Assembly (NCBI GenBank): GCA_963665115.1
Contig: OY762007.1
Coordinates: 2,144,001-2,208,000 of the forward strand
Direction: 5' to 3'
Length of the DNA stretch: 64,000 nt
Origin: an uncultured Rivularia sp.
GTDB taxonomy: Bacteria; Cyanobacteriota; Cyanobacteriia; Cyanobacteriales; Nostocaceae
The notes under the pieces are model-generated. The model was not told the origin of the DNA and did no database searches. It worked only from the letters and a program-made list of their open reading frames with translations. Shown piece after piece: positions 55,160 through 64,000 of the stretch. Numbering within the stretch: the first letter of the stretch is position 1; every line of letters begins with the position of its first letter. A program made the translations under genes and the position numbers.

Positions 55160-56017
55160 ATGCGAGCAATGCAAATATTTGCAGGTATTTCGGGTAGGTT
55201 GAGACGAGTTTTACCGATTAGCGATCGGCTTTGGACGAAGTTCGATTTGTTAAGAACTTTGGTTAGACGAGATTTAGAAGCGCGGTATAAAGGCTCTGTA
55301 TTAGGCAATTTGTGGTCTATAGTTAATCCACTCTCGCAACTGCTTATTTACACTTACGTGTTTTCCGTAGTGCTAAAAGTGAAACTGAGTCTTAAGGGAT
55401 TGCCAGCAAATGAAAATGTATCGTTCGGATTATGGCTATTTGCAGGATTGCTTCCTTGGATAGCTTTTAGTACAGGTTTAATTCAATCTGCTGGCTCGGT
55501 AATTGGTCAGCCTAATTTAGTCAAAAAAGTTGTATTTCCTTTAAGCTTATTACCTTTAGTACCGATTTTTTCAGCTTTTATCGAGAGTTCTTTCGGATTG
55601 ATAATGCTAATTTTTTTTGTAGCTTTGTCCTCCGGGACTTTACATACTACACTGGCGTTATTACCTTTAGTTTGGATACCGCAGCTATTACTTACCGCAG
55701 GTTTAGGTTACTTAGCGGCAGGATTAACCGTATTTTTACGGGATATTCCGCAGACGTTAAATGTTATTCTAAATATTTGGTTTTATGTTACGCCGATAGT
55801 TTATCCGATTACATCTATTCCTGAGAGTTGGCGAAACTGGGTGTTGTGGTTGAATCCACTGGCAGCAATTGTAGAGGTTTACCGCGACTTTATTTTAGTG
55901 GGGGAGGTGAAGCACTGGGGAGAGTTGGGATTAGCTTTTATTATATCGGGAATTGTATTTGTTGTCGGTGTATTAACATACAGAAAATTACGTCCGGGTT
56001 TTGCAGATGTTCTTTAG
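55160..56017 (+). CDS. wzm: ABC-2 polysaccharide export permease (start 55142 or 55160)
   Basis: RDLEARYKGSVLG.LW, NLVKKVVFP, FYVTPIVYP, LNPL and FADVL. Confidence 0.9.
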   Translation: MRAMQIFAGISGRLRRVLPISDRLWTKFDLLRTLVRRDLEARYKGSVLGNLWSIVNPLSQLLIYTYVFSVVLKVKLSLKGLPANENVSFGLWLFAGLLPWIAFSTGLIQSAGSVIGQPNLVKKVVFPLSLLPLVPIFSAFIESSFGLIMLIFFVALSSGTLHTTLALLPLVWIPQLLLTAGLGYLAAGLTVFLRDIPQTLNVILNIWFYVTPIVYPITSIPESWRNWVLWLNPLAAIVEVYRDFILVGEVKHWGELGLAFIISGIVFVVGVLTYRKLRPGFADVL

Positions 56018-56057
56018 TATACATTGTTAGCCGCAGACAATTACAGGGAGACTAAGC

Positions 56058-57131
56058 ATGGTAAAGAAGGCGTTAATTACTGGTATAACTGGACAAGATG
56101 GTTCTTATCTGAGTGAATTATTGTTAGAGAAAGGTTATGAAGTTCATGGTGTTATTCGCCGTACTTCTACTTTTAATACAGATAGAATCGACCATATTTA
56201 TACTGACCCTCATAGCGATAATGCAAGATTATTCCTCCACTATGGCGATTTAACGGATGGTACTACTCTACGTCGTATTTTAGAAACGGTAAAGCCGGAT
56301 GAAATTTACAATTTAGGTGCCCAGTCCCATGTACGTGTAAGTTTTGACTCTCCTGAATATACAGCCGATACTGTGGGGATGGGTACTTTACGCTTATTAG
56401 AAGCCTTGCGAGATTATCAGCAGCGAACTGGGCTTGATGTTCGTTTTTACCAAGCTGGTTCTTCCGAGATGTTTGGTAAAGTGCGGGAAGTTCCTCAATT
56501 GGAAGAAACACCTTTCTATCCTCGTAGCCCTTATGCTTGTGCGAAAGTATTTGCTCATTGGCAGACAGTAAACTACCGCGAGTCTTACGGCTTGTTTGCC
56601 TGTAACGGAATTTTATTTAATCACGAATCACCCCGCCGTGGAGAAACATTTGTTACTCGTAAGATCACCCGTGCTGTTGCTCAGATAGTAGCAGGCAAGC
56701 AGAAGAAGCTGTATATGGGAAACATAGATGCAAAGCGAGACTGGGGATACGCGAAAGATTACGTGAATGCAATGTGGTTAATGTTGCAGCAAGAACAGGC
56801 TGATGATTATGTAATTGCGACAGGAGAAACTCATTCAGTAAAGGAGTTTTTGGATATTGCTTTTAACTATGTCAATCTTAAATGGGAAGATTATGTAGCT
56901 TTTGATGAGCGGTATTTACGTCCAGCAGAAGTTGATTTGTTGGTTGGTGATGCTAGGAAAGCAAAACAACAGCTTGGTTGGAAGCGTACTGTTAGCTTTG
57001 AAGAATTAGTCAAGTTGATGGTAGAAGCAGACTTGCAGGTTTTAGGCTTAGTTTCTCCTAACGGTAATAGTAAATTTGCAGTACTAGATAATGCGACTAT
57101 TCGTAGTACGCCGAAAACTTTGATAGCTTAA
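56058..57131 (+). CDS. gmd: GDP-mannose 4,6-dehydratase
   Basis: [26 protein letters not shown] and [17 protein letters not shown]. Confidence 0.97.
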   Translation: MVKKALITGITGQDGSYLSELLLEKGYEVHGVIRRTSTFNTDRIDHIYTDPHSDNARLFLHYGDLTDGTTLRRILETVKPDEIYNLGAQSHVRVSFDSPEYTADTVGMGTLRLLEALRDYQQRTGLDVRFYQAGSSEMFGKVREVPQLEETPFYPRSPYACAKVFAHWQTVNYRESYGLFACNGILFNHESPRRGETFVTRKITRAVAQIVAGKQKKLYMGNIDAKRDWGYAKDYVNAMWLMLQQEQADDYVIATGETHSVKEFLDIAFNYVNLKWEDYVAFDERYLRPAEVDLLVGDARKAKQQLGWKRTVSFEELVKLMVEADLQVLGLVSPNGNSKFAVLDNATIRSTPKTLIA

Positions 57132-57200
57132 TTATCAAATTGCCGATTAGGAGCTTTGTTGAGTAGGGAATCCGAGTTGTAATTGTAAATATATGGTGTT

Positions 57201-58505
57201 ATGAGTGAGGAAATTGCAATCTCCCTAAAGAACATTTCTAAATGTTACAAGCGGTATGCTCGTCCCGTAGATCGGCTTAAAGAAATTTTGCTACCCCGAA
57301 AGAGTCAGGCTCAAGAATTTTGGGCTTTAAAAGATATTAATTTAGAGATTCGTAAAGGTGAAACTTTAGGGATTATCGGTCAAAATGGTTCTGGAAAAAG
57401 TACGCTGTTACAAATTGTTGCTGGAACATTGACACCGACGACAGGAGATGTATTTGTTAATGGTCGGATTTCAGCTTTATTAGAATTGGGTAGTGGATTT
57501 AATCCGGAATTTACGGGAAGACAGAATGTATTTTTTAATGGGCGGATATTAGGTTTAAGTAATGAAGAAATTGCGGCTAAGTTTGAGGATATTGCTGCTT
57601 TTGCTGAAATAGGCGAATTCATTGATCGCTCGGTAAAGACTTATTCTAGTGGAATGGTAGTTAGATTAGCATTCGCGGTTATTGCTAATACTGAACCAAG
57701 CATATTAATAGTAGATGAAGCATTAGCTGTTGGAGATGCGAGATTTCAAGCAAGATGCATGAAGCGTATTCGGCAGTTAAAAGAGCAAGGTGTGACAATT
57801 TTATTTGTTTCTCATGATTCTTCCAGCGTCAAAATGCTTTGTAAAACTGCTGTTTTGATGAATAGTGGAAAGATATTAGAAGTCGGTGAACCTAAAGAAG
57901 TAGTAAATCATTATATAGCTTTACTAAGTTCTGACAAACAGAAACAAGACGATCGGGTAGAACAATCTCAAGATTATAGTCAGGAAATCAAAGAGATTGA
58001 AAATCATGATGATTTTGTGCTTGAAAATCAATTACAGAAAAAAAATTATAGACACGGCAATCAATTAGCTGTTATTAATAGCGTTAAAATTACCGATTTA
58101 GATAACAAAAAAATTAGTAAAGTAGAAACAGGAACAACTTTTCAAATTATAGTTTCCTTAGAAGCAAAAGAAGAATTAGAAAAATTAATTGTTGGAATTT
58201 CGCTGAGAAACTTAATGGGTTTGGTGATATATGGTATCAACACTCATTTAATGAATGTTGATTTGCCAGATTTACAAGCCGGACAGCAATTAAAAGTTTG
58301 TTTTCAAATTCCTTGTCATTTGAATAAAGGTATTTATACATTTACAGTCGGTATCCATTCCGAGGAAGGTATTAGCTATGACTGGGTTGATGAATTAGTT
58401 GTATTTGAAGTTATAAATGGTAAATTTTGTGATGGTGTGGTTGATTTAAAATCGACTGTTGAAATTATTGAAGAAACAATTTGTTTAGCTAGTCAAGATA
58501 TTTAG
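57201..58505 (+). CDS. wzt: Polysaccharide ABC exporter ATPase with C-terminal carbohydrate-binding (Wzt_C) domain
   Basis: GQNGSGKST, YSSGM and DEALAVGD, plus a ~150-aa C-terminal extension. Confidence 0.92.
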   Translation: MSEEIAISLKNISKCYKRYARPVDRLKEILLPRKSQAQEFWALKDINLEIRKGETLGIIGQNGSGKSTLLQIVAGTLTPTTGDVFVNGRISALLELGSGFNPEFTGRQNVFFNGRILGLSNEEIAAKFEDIAAFAEIGEFIDRSVKTYSSGMVVRLAFAVIANTEPSILIVDEALAVGDARFQARCMKRIRQLKEQGVTILFVSHDSSSVKMLCKTAVLMNSGKILEVGEPKEVVNHYIALLSSDKQKQDDRVEQSQDYSQEIKEIENHDDFVLENQLQKKNYRHGNQLAVINSVKITDLDNKKISKVETGTTFQIIVSLEAKEELEKLIVGISLRNLMGLVIYGINTHLMNVDLPDLQAGQQLKVCFQIPCHLNKGIYTFTVGIHSEEGISYDWVDELVVFEVINGKFCDGVVDLKSTVEIIEETICLASQDI

Positions 58506-58511
58506 GATCTT

Positions 58512-59990
58512 ATGATTGAATCAAATAATCTCCAAATCAATATCGATGAATTAATGCAGAAAATCCGAGAAGAAGTTGCTCGGCGTAATAATCATACTCA
58601 ACAATCTTTATTCGTAAATTCAAATAATGCAGTAAAAATCAACTTTAATTTTAATTACCTTGAGGCATTACTTCGGAATGCAGAAGCTAGAGCCGATGTA
58701 CGAACAAAGTGGCCCGATAAGCTGAATGGCTTTCCTTTTACCTTGAGTGAAAAAATTAAGAAATACTGTTTAAAGATAGTAAATTTTATATTTAAAGACC
58801 AAAGGGAAGTTAACTTAAACCTAGTTAATGCTTTAAAGCAGTCTACGCTGTTGAATCGTCAGTTGGTTACAGAAGTTGAACTTTTGCATTCGCGATTAAA
58901 TGAGCATTTGGGTACTTTTGAGAGTCGCATTAATCACATAGATAGTCAAGTTAAAGTATTAGACAAACGTTTCAATCAAATAGATAGTCAAGTTAAAGTC
59001 TCAGACGAGCGTTTTAATCAACTAGATAACCAAGTCAAAGCCTCAGATAAACACTTTAATCAATTAAATAACCAAGTAAAAGTTTCAGATGAGCGCTTCA
59101 ATCAAGTAGATAGCCAAGCAAAAGCCTTAAATGAGCGTTTGAATTATATCAATAGTAGAGTCCAAGAATTGAATGGAAGTTATCTACAAAATGATAGCTA
59201 TATTAAAAATGACTTAGTACAGCAAAAACGTTTGCTTACAATGTTTTTAGAAGAAGCACGCAAAAGCTTACCAGAGCCTTTTAATCAAGAACAGTTGCAA
59301 AATATTCTTAATGAAGAAAAACATTTATCAGATGCATTATACGTTGCTTTTGAAGACAAATTTCGCGGTAGTCGTGAGGAAATTTTTGATAGATTAAAAG
59401 TGTATCTACCATTAATTGAAGAAGCAAAACTTGGTACATCTGATTCAGCTATTTTAGATGTAGGTTGTGGTAGAGGGGAATGGCTGGAGTTGCTGCGAGA
59501 ATTTGGGTATACAGCCCGAGGTTTAGACATCAATAGGGTCATGATTGAGCAATGTTTGAATAGAGGATTTGAAGTAATTGAATCTGATGTTATTTCTTAT
59601 CTACAGTCTTTAGAAGATAGTAGTTTAGGTGCAATTACGGGCTTTCATATTATTGAACATTTGCCATTTGAAACTCTGATGACGTTGTTTGCTGAAGCTA
59701 TCAGGGTAATTAAACCTGGAGGTTTAATAATTTTTGAAACGCCGAATGCTAGAAATATATTAGTAAGCTCAGGAGATTTTTATAGAGACCCGACACATAA
59801 AACACCTATTCACCCTGACACAGTAGCTTTTCTGGCTGAGTCACAAGGTTTTATTAAAAGTAAATCATATTTTTTTGAAGAAATAGAAGGAAAACTACAT
59901 CTTATTAGTTCATCAAACGTAAAATTTGATGATTTAAATGACTATGTTAAAATTTCTCGCGACATGGTATTAACAGCTCATAAGCCATAA
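58512..59990 (+). CDS. Coiled-coil plus class I SAM methyltransferase (glycan chain-capping type)
   Basis: Heptad repeats, FEDKFRGS, LDVGCGRGEWL, FHIIEHL, ETPN and DPTH. Confidence 0.85.
   Translation: MIESNNLQINIDELMQKIREEVARRNNHTQQSLFVNSNNAVKINFNFNYLEALLRNAEARADVRTKWPDKLNGFPFTLSEKIKKYCLKIVNFIFKDQREVNLNLVNALKQSTLLNRQLVTEVELLHSRLNEHLGTFESRINHIDSQVKVLDKRFNQIDSQVKVSDERFNQLDNQVKASDKHFNQLNNQVKVSDERFNQVDSQAKALNERLNYINSRVQELNGSYLQNDSYIKNDLVQQKRLLTMFLEEARKSLPEPFNQEQLQNILNEEKHLSDALYVAFEDKFRGSREEIFDRLKVYLPLIEEAKLGTSDSAILDVGCGRGEWLELLREFGYTARGLDINRVMIEQCLNRGFEVIESDVISYLQSLEDSSLGAITGFHIIEHLPFETLMTLFAEAIRVIKPGGLIIFETPNARNILVSSGDFYRDPTHKTPIHPDTVAFLAESQGFIKSKSYFFEEIEGKLHLISSSNVKFDDLNDYVKISRDMVLTAHKP
58938..59147 (+). 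repeat. Five in-frame 42-bp (14-aa) tandem repeats
   Basis: IDSQVKVLDKRFNQ / IDSQVKVSDERFNQ / LDNQVKASDKHFNQ / LNNQVKVSDERFNQ / VDSQAKALNERLNY. Confidence 0.9.
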
Positions 59991-60018
59991 ATAAAAATAG
60001 TAGTTATAAGTTTTTAGA

Positions 60019-61068
60019 ATGAGAATAGGAGTTAGCACAGTTCAAGTACCTTTTATACGTGGTGGTGCAGAAATACTAGCAGATGGTTTAGTAAAAGCTT
60101 TTTTAGAGTTAGGTCATCAAGCTGAAGAAATATCTATGCCTTTTCGTTTTGCTCCAGTAACTGAAGTTAAGCGCAGCATGGATGTTTGGGCTAGTGAAAA
60201 CTTTGAATACATGAATGGTCATAATATGGATTTGGTTGTTTGTCTCAAGTTTCCTTCTTTTTACTTGCAGCATCCAAACAAAGTGGCTTGGATTATTCAT
60301 CAGCATCGTGCTGTTTATGACCTTTGGAATACTTCTTTTACTAAAGACTTCTCAACCACAATTGAAGGTAAAAAACTTAGAGAGGAGATTATTAAACGTG
60401 ATACGCAAGCATTCAAAACTTTTCGGAATATTTTTACTATTGGAAAAATAGTTTCAACGCGGCTTCAAAAGTTTAATCAAATTAATTCAAGTACTCTATA
60501 TCATCCACCAAAGTTGGCTAACTATTTATATAATGCTCCGGCAGAGCCTTATATTTTTTTTCCTAGTCGCTTAGAAGAGTTGAAGAGACAATATTTATTA
60601 ATTGAAGCAATGCAGTATGTTGAATCTCCTGTAGTCGCTTTGGTGGCTGGAGATGGAGGACAAAAGGTAGTTTTACAAAATTTAATTGAACAATTAGGTG
60701 TAAATCAACGAGTACGCTTAATAGGAAGCATTTCGGATGCGGAAATGCTAGGTTTCTATGCTCATTGTCTAGGTGTATTTTTTGGCTCTTATTATGAAGA
60801 TTATGGTTATGTAACCTTAGAAGCAATGTTGGCTGCTAAACCAGTAATTACCTGTACTGACTCTGGAGAAGCTGTAGAATTTGTAGTTGACCAAGAAACG
60901 GGTTTTATTGTTACACCAGAACCACAAGCGATCGCCAAAGCAATCGATTATTTATACTTTCATCAGGAACGTGCTTCTGCAATGGGTATTGCAGGACGGG
61001 AAAGATATCACGCATTAGATATTTCGTGGGAGAATGTCGTCAACAATCTTTTACGTAATTGTAATTAA
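60019..61068 (+). CDS. GT4-family glycosyltransferase
   Basis: GGAE, SRL..LKR and EDYGYVTLEAM (EX7E). Confidence 0.92.
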   Translation: MRIGVSTVQVPFIRGGAEILADGLVKAFLELGHQAEEISMPFRFAPVTEVKRSMDVWASENFEYMNGHNMDLVVCLKFPSFYLQHPNKVAWIIHQHRAVYDLWNTSFTKDFSTTIEGKKLREEIIKRDTQAFKTFRNIFTIGKIVSTRLQKFNQINSSTLYHPPKLANYLYNAPAEPYIFFPSRLEELKRQYLLIEAMQYVESPVVALVAGDGGQKVVLQNLIEQLGVNQRVRLIGSISDAEMLGFYAHCLGVFFGSYYEDYGYVTLEAMLAAKPVITCTDSGEAVEFVVDQETGFIVTPEPQAIAKAIDYLYFHQERASAMGIAGRERYHALDISWENVVNNLLRNCN

Positions 61069-61084
61069 TTATTTTAAATAATCT

Positions 61085-61738
61085 GTGCAACTAAAGATTA
61101 TGAACAAGTTAAAGTTTCTTACTTCCAAGATTATTAGCAAGTTATCTACTAGTAGCAAGAAAATTAATAAAGTGGTCTATCAGTCTAACAAGATACAGCA
61201 ATCTACACCAGAAAAGATTGAGTATAAAACCCTAAGTGAATTTGATCATTTACAATATCCACCTAAGCTAAATCTTGGGTGTGGATTTGATATTCGTAAT
61301 GGTTACTTAAATGTTGATTTTCAGGGTTTTCATAACCCGGATTTAGTAGCAGACATAAGAAAACTAGATATGTTACCTTCAGGTTTTTATGAAGAAGTAG
61401 TTGCTCAAGATTGCCTTGAACATTTCCCACGTTGTGATACTGAGCCTGCACTATCTGAATGGTCAAGATTACTTAAGTCAGAAGGTATTTTGAAACTTAG
61501 GGTTCCCAATTTAATTGGTTTGCTAGAGCTTTTTAAATGGGAATCCAAGCAATCTGTCAAAGAGCAAGAAACATTAGTTCAATGTATGTATGGAACACAA
61601 GCGTATAACGGTGATTGGCATTTAACTGGTTTTACAGAAATTTTGTTACAGGATTATTTAGAAAAAGCTGGATTTAACAAAATTAAGTTTGCAAAAAAAG
61701 ATCACTGGTTATTTGACATTACTTGTGAAAAAAAATAA
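61085..61738 (+). CDS. SAM-dependent methyltransferase (type 11-like); start may be 61100
   Basis: KLNLGCG, NVD, LEH and GILKLRVPN. Confidence 0.82.
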   Translation: MQLKIMNKLKFLTSKIISKLSTSSKKINKVVYQSNKIQQSTPEKIEYKTLSEFDHLQYPPKLNLGCGFDIRNGYLNVDFQGFHNPDLVADIRKLDMLPSGFYEEVVAQDCLEHFPRCDTEPALSEWSRLLKSEGILKLRVPNLIGLLELFKWESKQSVKEQETLVQCMYGTQAYNGDWHLTGFTEILLQDYLEKAGFNKIKFAKKDHWLFDITCEKK

Positions 61739-61753
61739 TTTAATAGAATTAAT

Positions 61754-64000
61754 ATGCAAATAGCTATAGTTGCTCCTAGTCCTGTGCCATTTTGTATTGG
61801 TGGTGCCGAAAATCTTTGGTGGGGATTGCTGAATTACATCAATAATTACACGAATCATAAAGCTGACTTAATTAAATTACCTAGTAAAGAAAGAAATTTT
61901 TGGGAATTAATTGATAATTATAAAAATTTTTCCCAATTAGACTTAAGTCACTTTGATTTAGTAATATCAAGCAAATACCCAGCATGGATGGTGCAGCATT
62001 CAAATCATATTTGTTATATGCAGCATCGTTTGCGTGGCTTATACGATACATATAATTTCACTGGTTTACCAAAAACAGATAATTACGGAAATATACATAT
62101 TGCTGAATTACAGAGTTTGATGAGAGATAGCAAACGAAATGGAAACGCTATACAAGAATTTTTTAAAAGCTTAGACAAACTACGTTTAAGTTCAAATTGC
62201 CCACAAGAAGCATTCCAATTCCCAGGTTCTTTAGCACGAGAAATAATTCATTTTCTGGACGGGGTAGCTTTAGACCCTAGCAGAATTAAAACATATGCAG
62301 CTATTTCTTACAATGTAGCAAATCGTCAAAATTATTTTCCACAGGGAACTGTAGCAGAGGTTATATATCATCCTTCAAATCTAAAGTCATTTCGTAAAGG
62401 TAGTAATGATTATCTATTTACAGTTAGCCGTTTAGATAATGCTAAAAGAGTCAGTTTGTTAATTCAAGCAATGAAATATGTCAAAACAAATATTCAATTA
62501 AAGATTGCTGGAACAGGTCCTGATGCCGACTCCTTGAAACAAATGGCAGAAAATGACGAAAGGATTATTTTTCTAGGTTTTGTTAATGACCAGGAAATTA
62601 CAGATTTATATGCAGATGCATTAGCAGTTCCTTACATTCCCTATGATGAAGATTATGGGCTAGTGACTATAGAAGCTATGATGAGTGGAAAGCCAGTACT
62701 AACAACAATAGACGCTGGCGGTCCTAATGAGTTTGTCGTCAATGGTGAGACAGGATATTCAGTTATCCCTGACCCCCAAGCCCTGGCTGAACGGATTGAT
62801 TATCTGTGCGAACATCGAAATGAAGCTAAGGAAATGGGGCTAACAGGTCAAAAGTTAGTTTCAGGAATTAACTGGGAAAATACAGTTACTCGCTTGTTGG
62901 GTGAAACCCAAATATTTAAACCTGTTTCAATTGCTAAAAAGCGAAAAAAAATTACAGTGGCTTTGACTTTCCCTGTTTTTCCACCTAGAGGAGGTGGACA
63001 AAGCCGAGTGTTTCACTTGTATAGACACTTGGCAAGTCAATTTGATATTGAACTTGTTACATTTACTAATCCTGATGAAAAAGCATTTAGAGAAGAAATT
63101 GCTCCAAACTTATATGAAATCAGAATTCCAAAGTCTAAAGAACATCAGCAACAAGAACTACTAATTGAAAACAAGGTAGGAGTACCAGTTACAGATGTAG
63201 CAATGCCAATGCTATATCATTTAACTCCTGCTTATACACAAGCATTAAAAGCATCCATAGAATCTTCCAATTTTGTTATTGCTTGTCATCCCTACTTGTT
63301 TACAGCAATTCAAGAAGTTAGCAATAAACCAATTTACTACGAAGCTCAAGATATTGAACTAGTACTAAAGAAAGTTGTGCTTCCGAAGAATAAAATGGGT
63401 TTAAAACTACTAGAAACTACCCGTAAAATTGAGGCTGATTGTTGTCAAATGAGCAAACTAATTATGGTTTGCTCTCACAATGATGCTAATGGCTTAAATA
63501 GAATATACGACATAGATTTAAAGAAAATTATTGAAGTTCCAAATGGCGTAGATTTAGAAACAGTTAACTATATATCTTTAGAAGAACGTAATTTAAATAA
63601 AGCAAGATTAGGATTTGACAAAAGTTTTACTGCCGTGTTTGTAGGAAGTTGGCATCCCCCTAATTTAGAAGCAGTGCGTCATATTTTTAAGATGGCAGAA
63701 AAACTACCTGACGTGAATTTTTTAATCGTAGGATCTGTGGGTTTAGCTTTCCGAGACGAATTATATCCTGCAAATATTGGGTTTATGGGAGTGGTTGATG
63801 AAGACACTAAAGATGTTATTTTTGGATTGGCAGATGTAGCACTTAATCCAATGACTTATGGTTCTGGTACTAACCTAAAAATGTTAGATTATTTTGCTGC
63901 TGGAATTCCAGTTGTTTCTACAGCTTTTGGGGTCAGAGGATTAGGTGTTGATGAAGGAAAACATTGCTTGATTGTAGATTTAGAAAAGTTTACTCAGGCA
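61754..64000 (+). CDS. Two-domain GT4 glycosyltransferase, runs off the window end (absent from the ORF track)
   Basis: Spot-translated: MQIAIVAPSPVPFCIGGAENLWW..., EDYGLVTIEAM, then a second domain FPPRGGGQ...NPMTYGSGTNLK in the same frame. Confidence 0.88.
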   Translation, partial: MQIAIVAPSPVPFCIGGAENLWWGLLNYINNYTNHKADLIKLPSKERNFWELIDNYKNFSQLDLSHFDLVISSKYPAWMVQHSNHICYMQHRLRGLYDTYNFTGLPKTDNYGNIHIAELQSLMRDSKRNGNAIQEFFKSLDKLRLSSNCPQEAFQFPGSLAREIIHFLDGVALDPSRIKTYAAISYNVANRQNYFPQGTVAEVIYHPSNLKSFRKGSNDYLFTVSRLDNAKRVSLLIQAMKYVKTNIQLKIAGTGPDADSLKQMAENDERIIFLGFVNDQEITDLYADALAVPYIPYDEDYGLVTIEAMMSGKPVLTTIDAGGPNEFVVNGETGYSVIPDPQALAERIDYLCEHRNEAKEMGLTGQKLVSGINWENTVTRLLGETQIFKPVSIAKKRKKITVALTFPVFPPRGGGQSRVFHLYRHLASQFDIELVTFTNPDEKAFREEIAPNLYEIRIPKSKEHQQQELLIENKVGVPVTDVAMPMLYHLTPAYTQALKASIESSNFVIACHPYLFTAIQEVSNKPIYYEAQDIELVLKKVVLPKNKMGLKLLETTRKIEADCCQMSKLIMVCSHNDANGLNRIYDIDLKKIIEVPNGVDLETVNYISLEERNLNKARLGFDKSFTAVFVGSWHPPNLEAVRHIFKMAEKLPDVNFLIVGSVGLAFRDELYPANIGFMGVVDEDTKDVIFGLADVALNPMTYGSGTNLKMLDYFAAGIPVVSTAFGVRGLGVDEGKHCLIVDLEKFTQA

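Overview
AT-rich cyanobacterial chromosome segment. Frequent HIP1 GCGATCGC sites, heptamer STRR repeats and psbU, chlG, btpA and petP point to a filamentous Nostocales-type genome (inference). From 1 to 29 kb it is mostly housekeeping: glycoside hydrolase, DUF512 radical SAM, two tandem uppP, psbU, nadB, a CHASE2-PAS-GGDEF cyclase with a small secreted-peptide gene, VKOR, btpA, rimO plus a DEAD-box helicase, PucC, IMPase and an ABC exporter. The standout is a ~17.6 kb lipid-modification cluster at 29.9-47.6 kb. Its core (alpha-oxoamine synthase, GNAT-like acyltransferase, NAD-dependent reductase, fatty-acid hydroxylase) matches the bacterial Spt/bCerS/CerR ceramide pathway. Around it are a Rieske oxygenase, B12 radical SAM, desaturase, CFA-type methyltransferase, GH3 ligase, two 2OG-Fe(II) hydroxylases, a CapA-type metallophosphatase and an MFS transporter. 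It is followed by an orphan type I-D-like CRISPR array, petP-Get3-like-chlG, and a wzm-gmd-wzt polysaccharide export locus with a coiled-coil methyltransferase. Three genes carry single-base homopolymer frameshifts, probably sequencing errors. All calls come from motif recognition only; no database searches were run.
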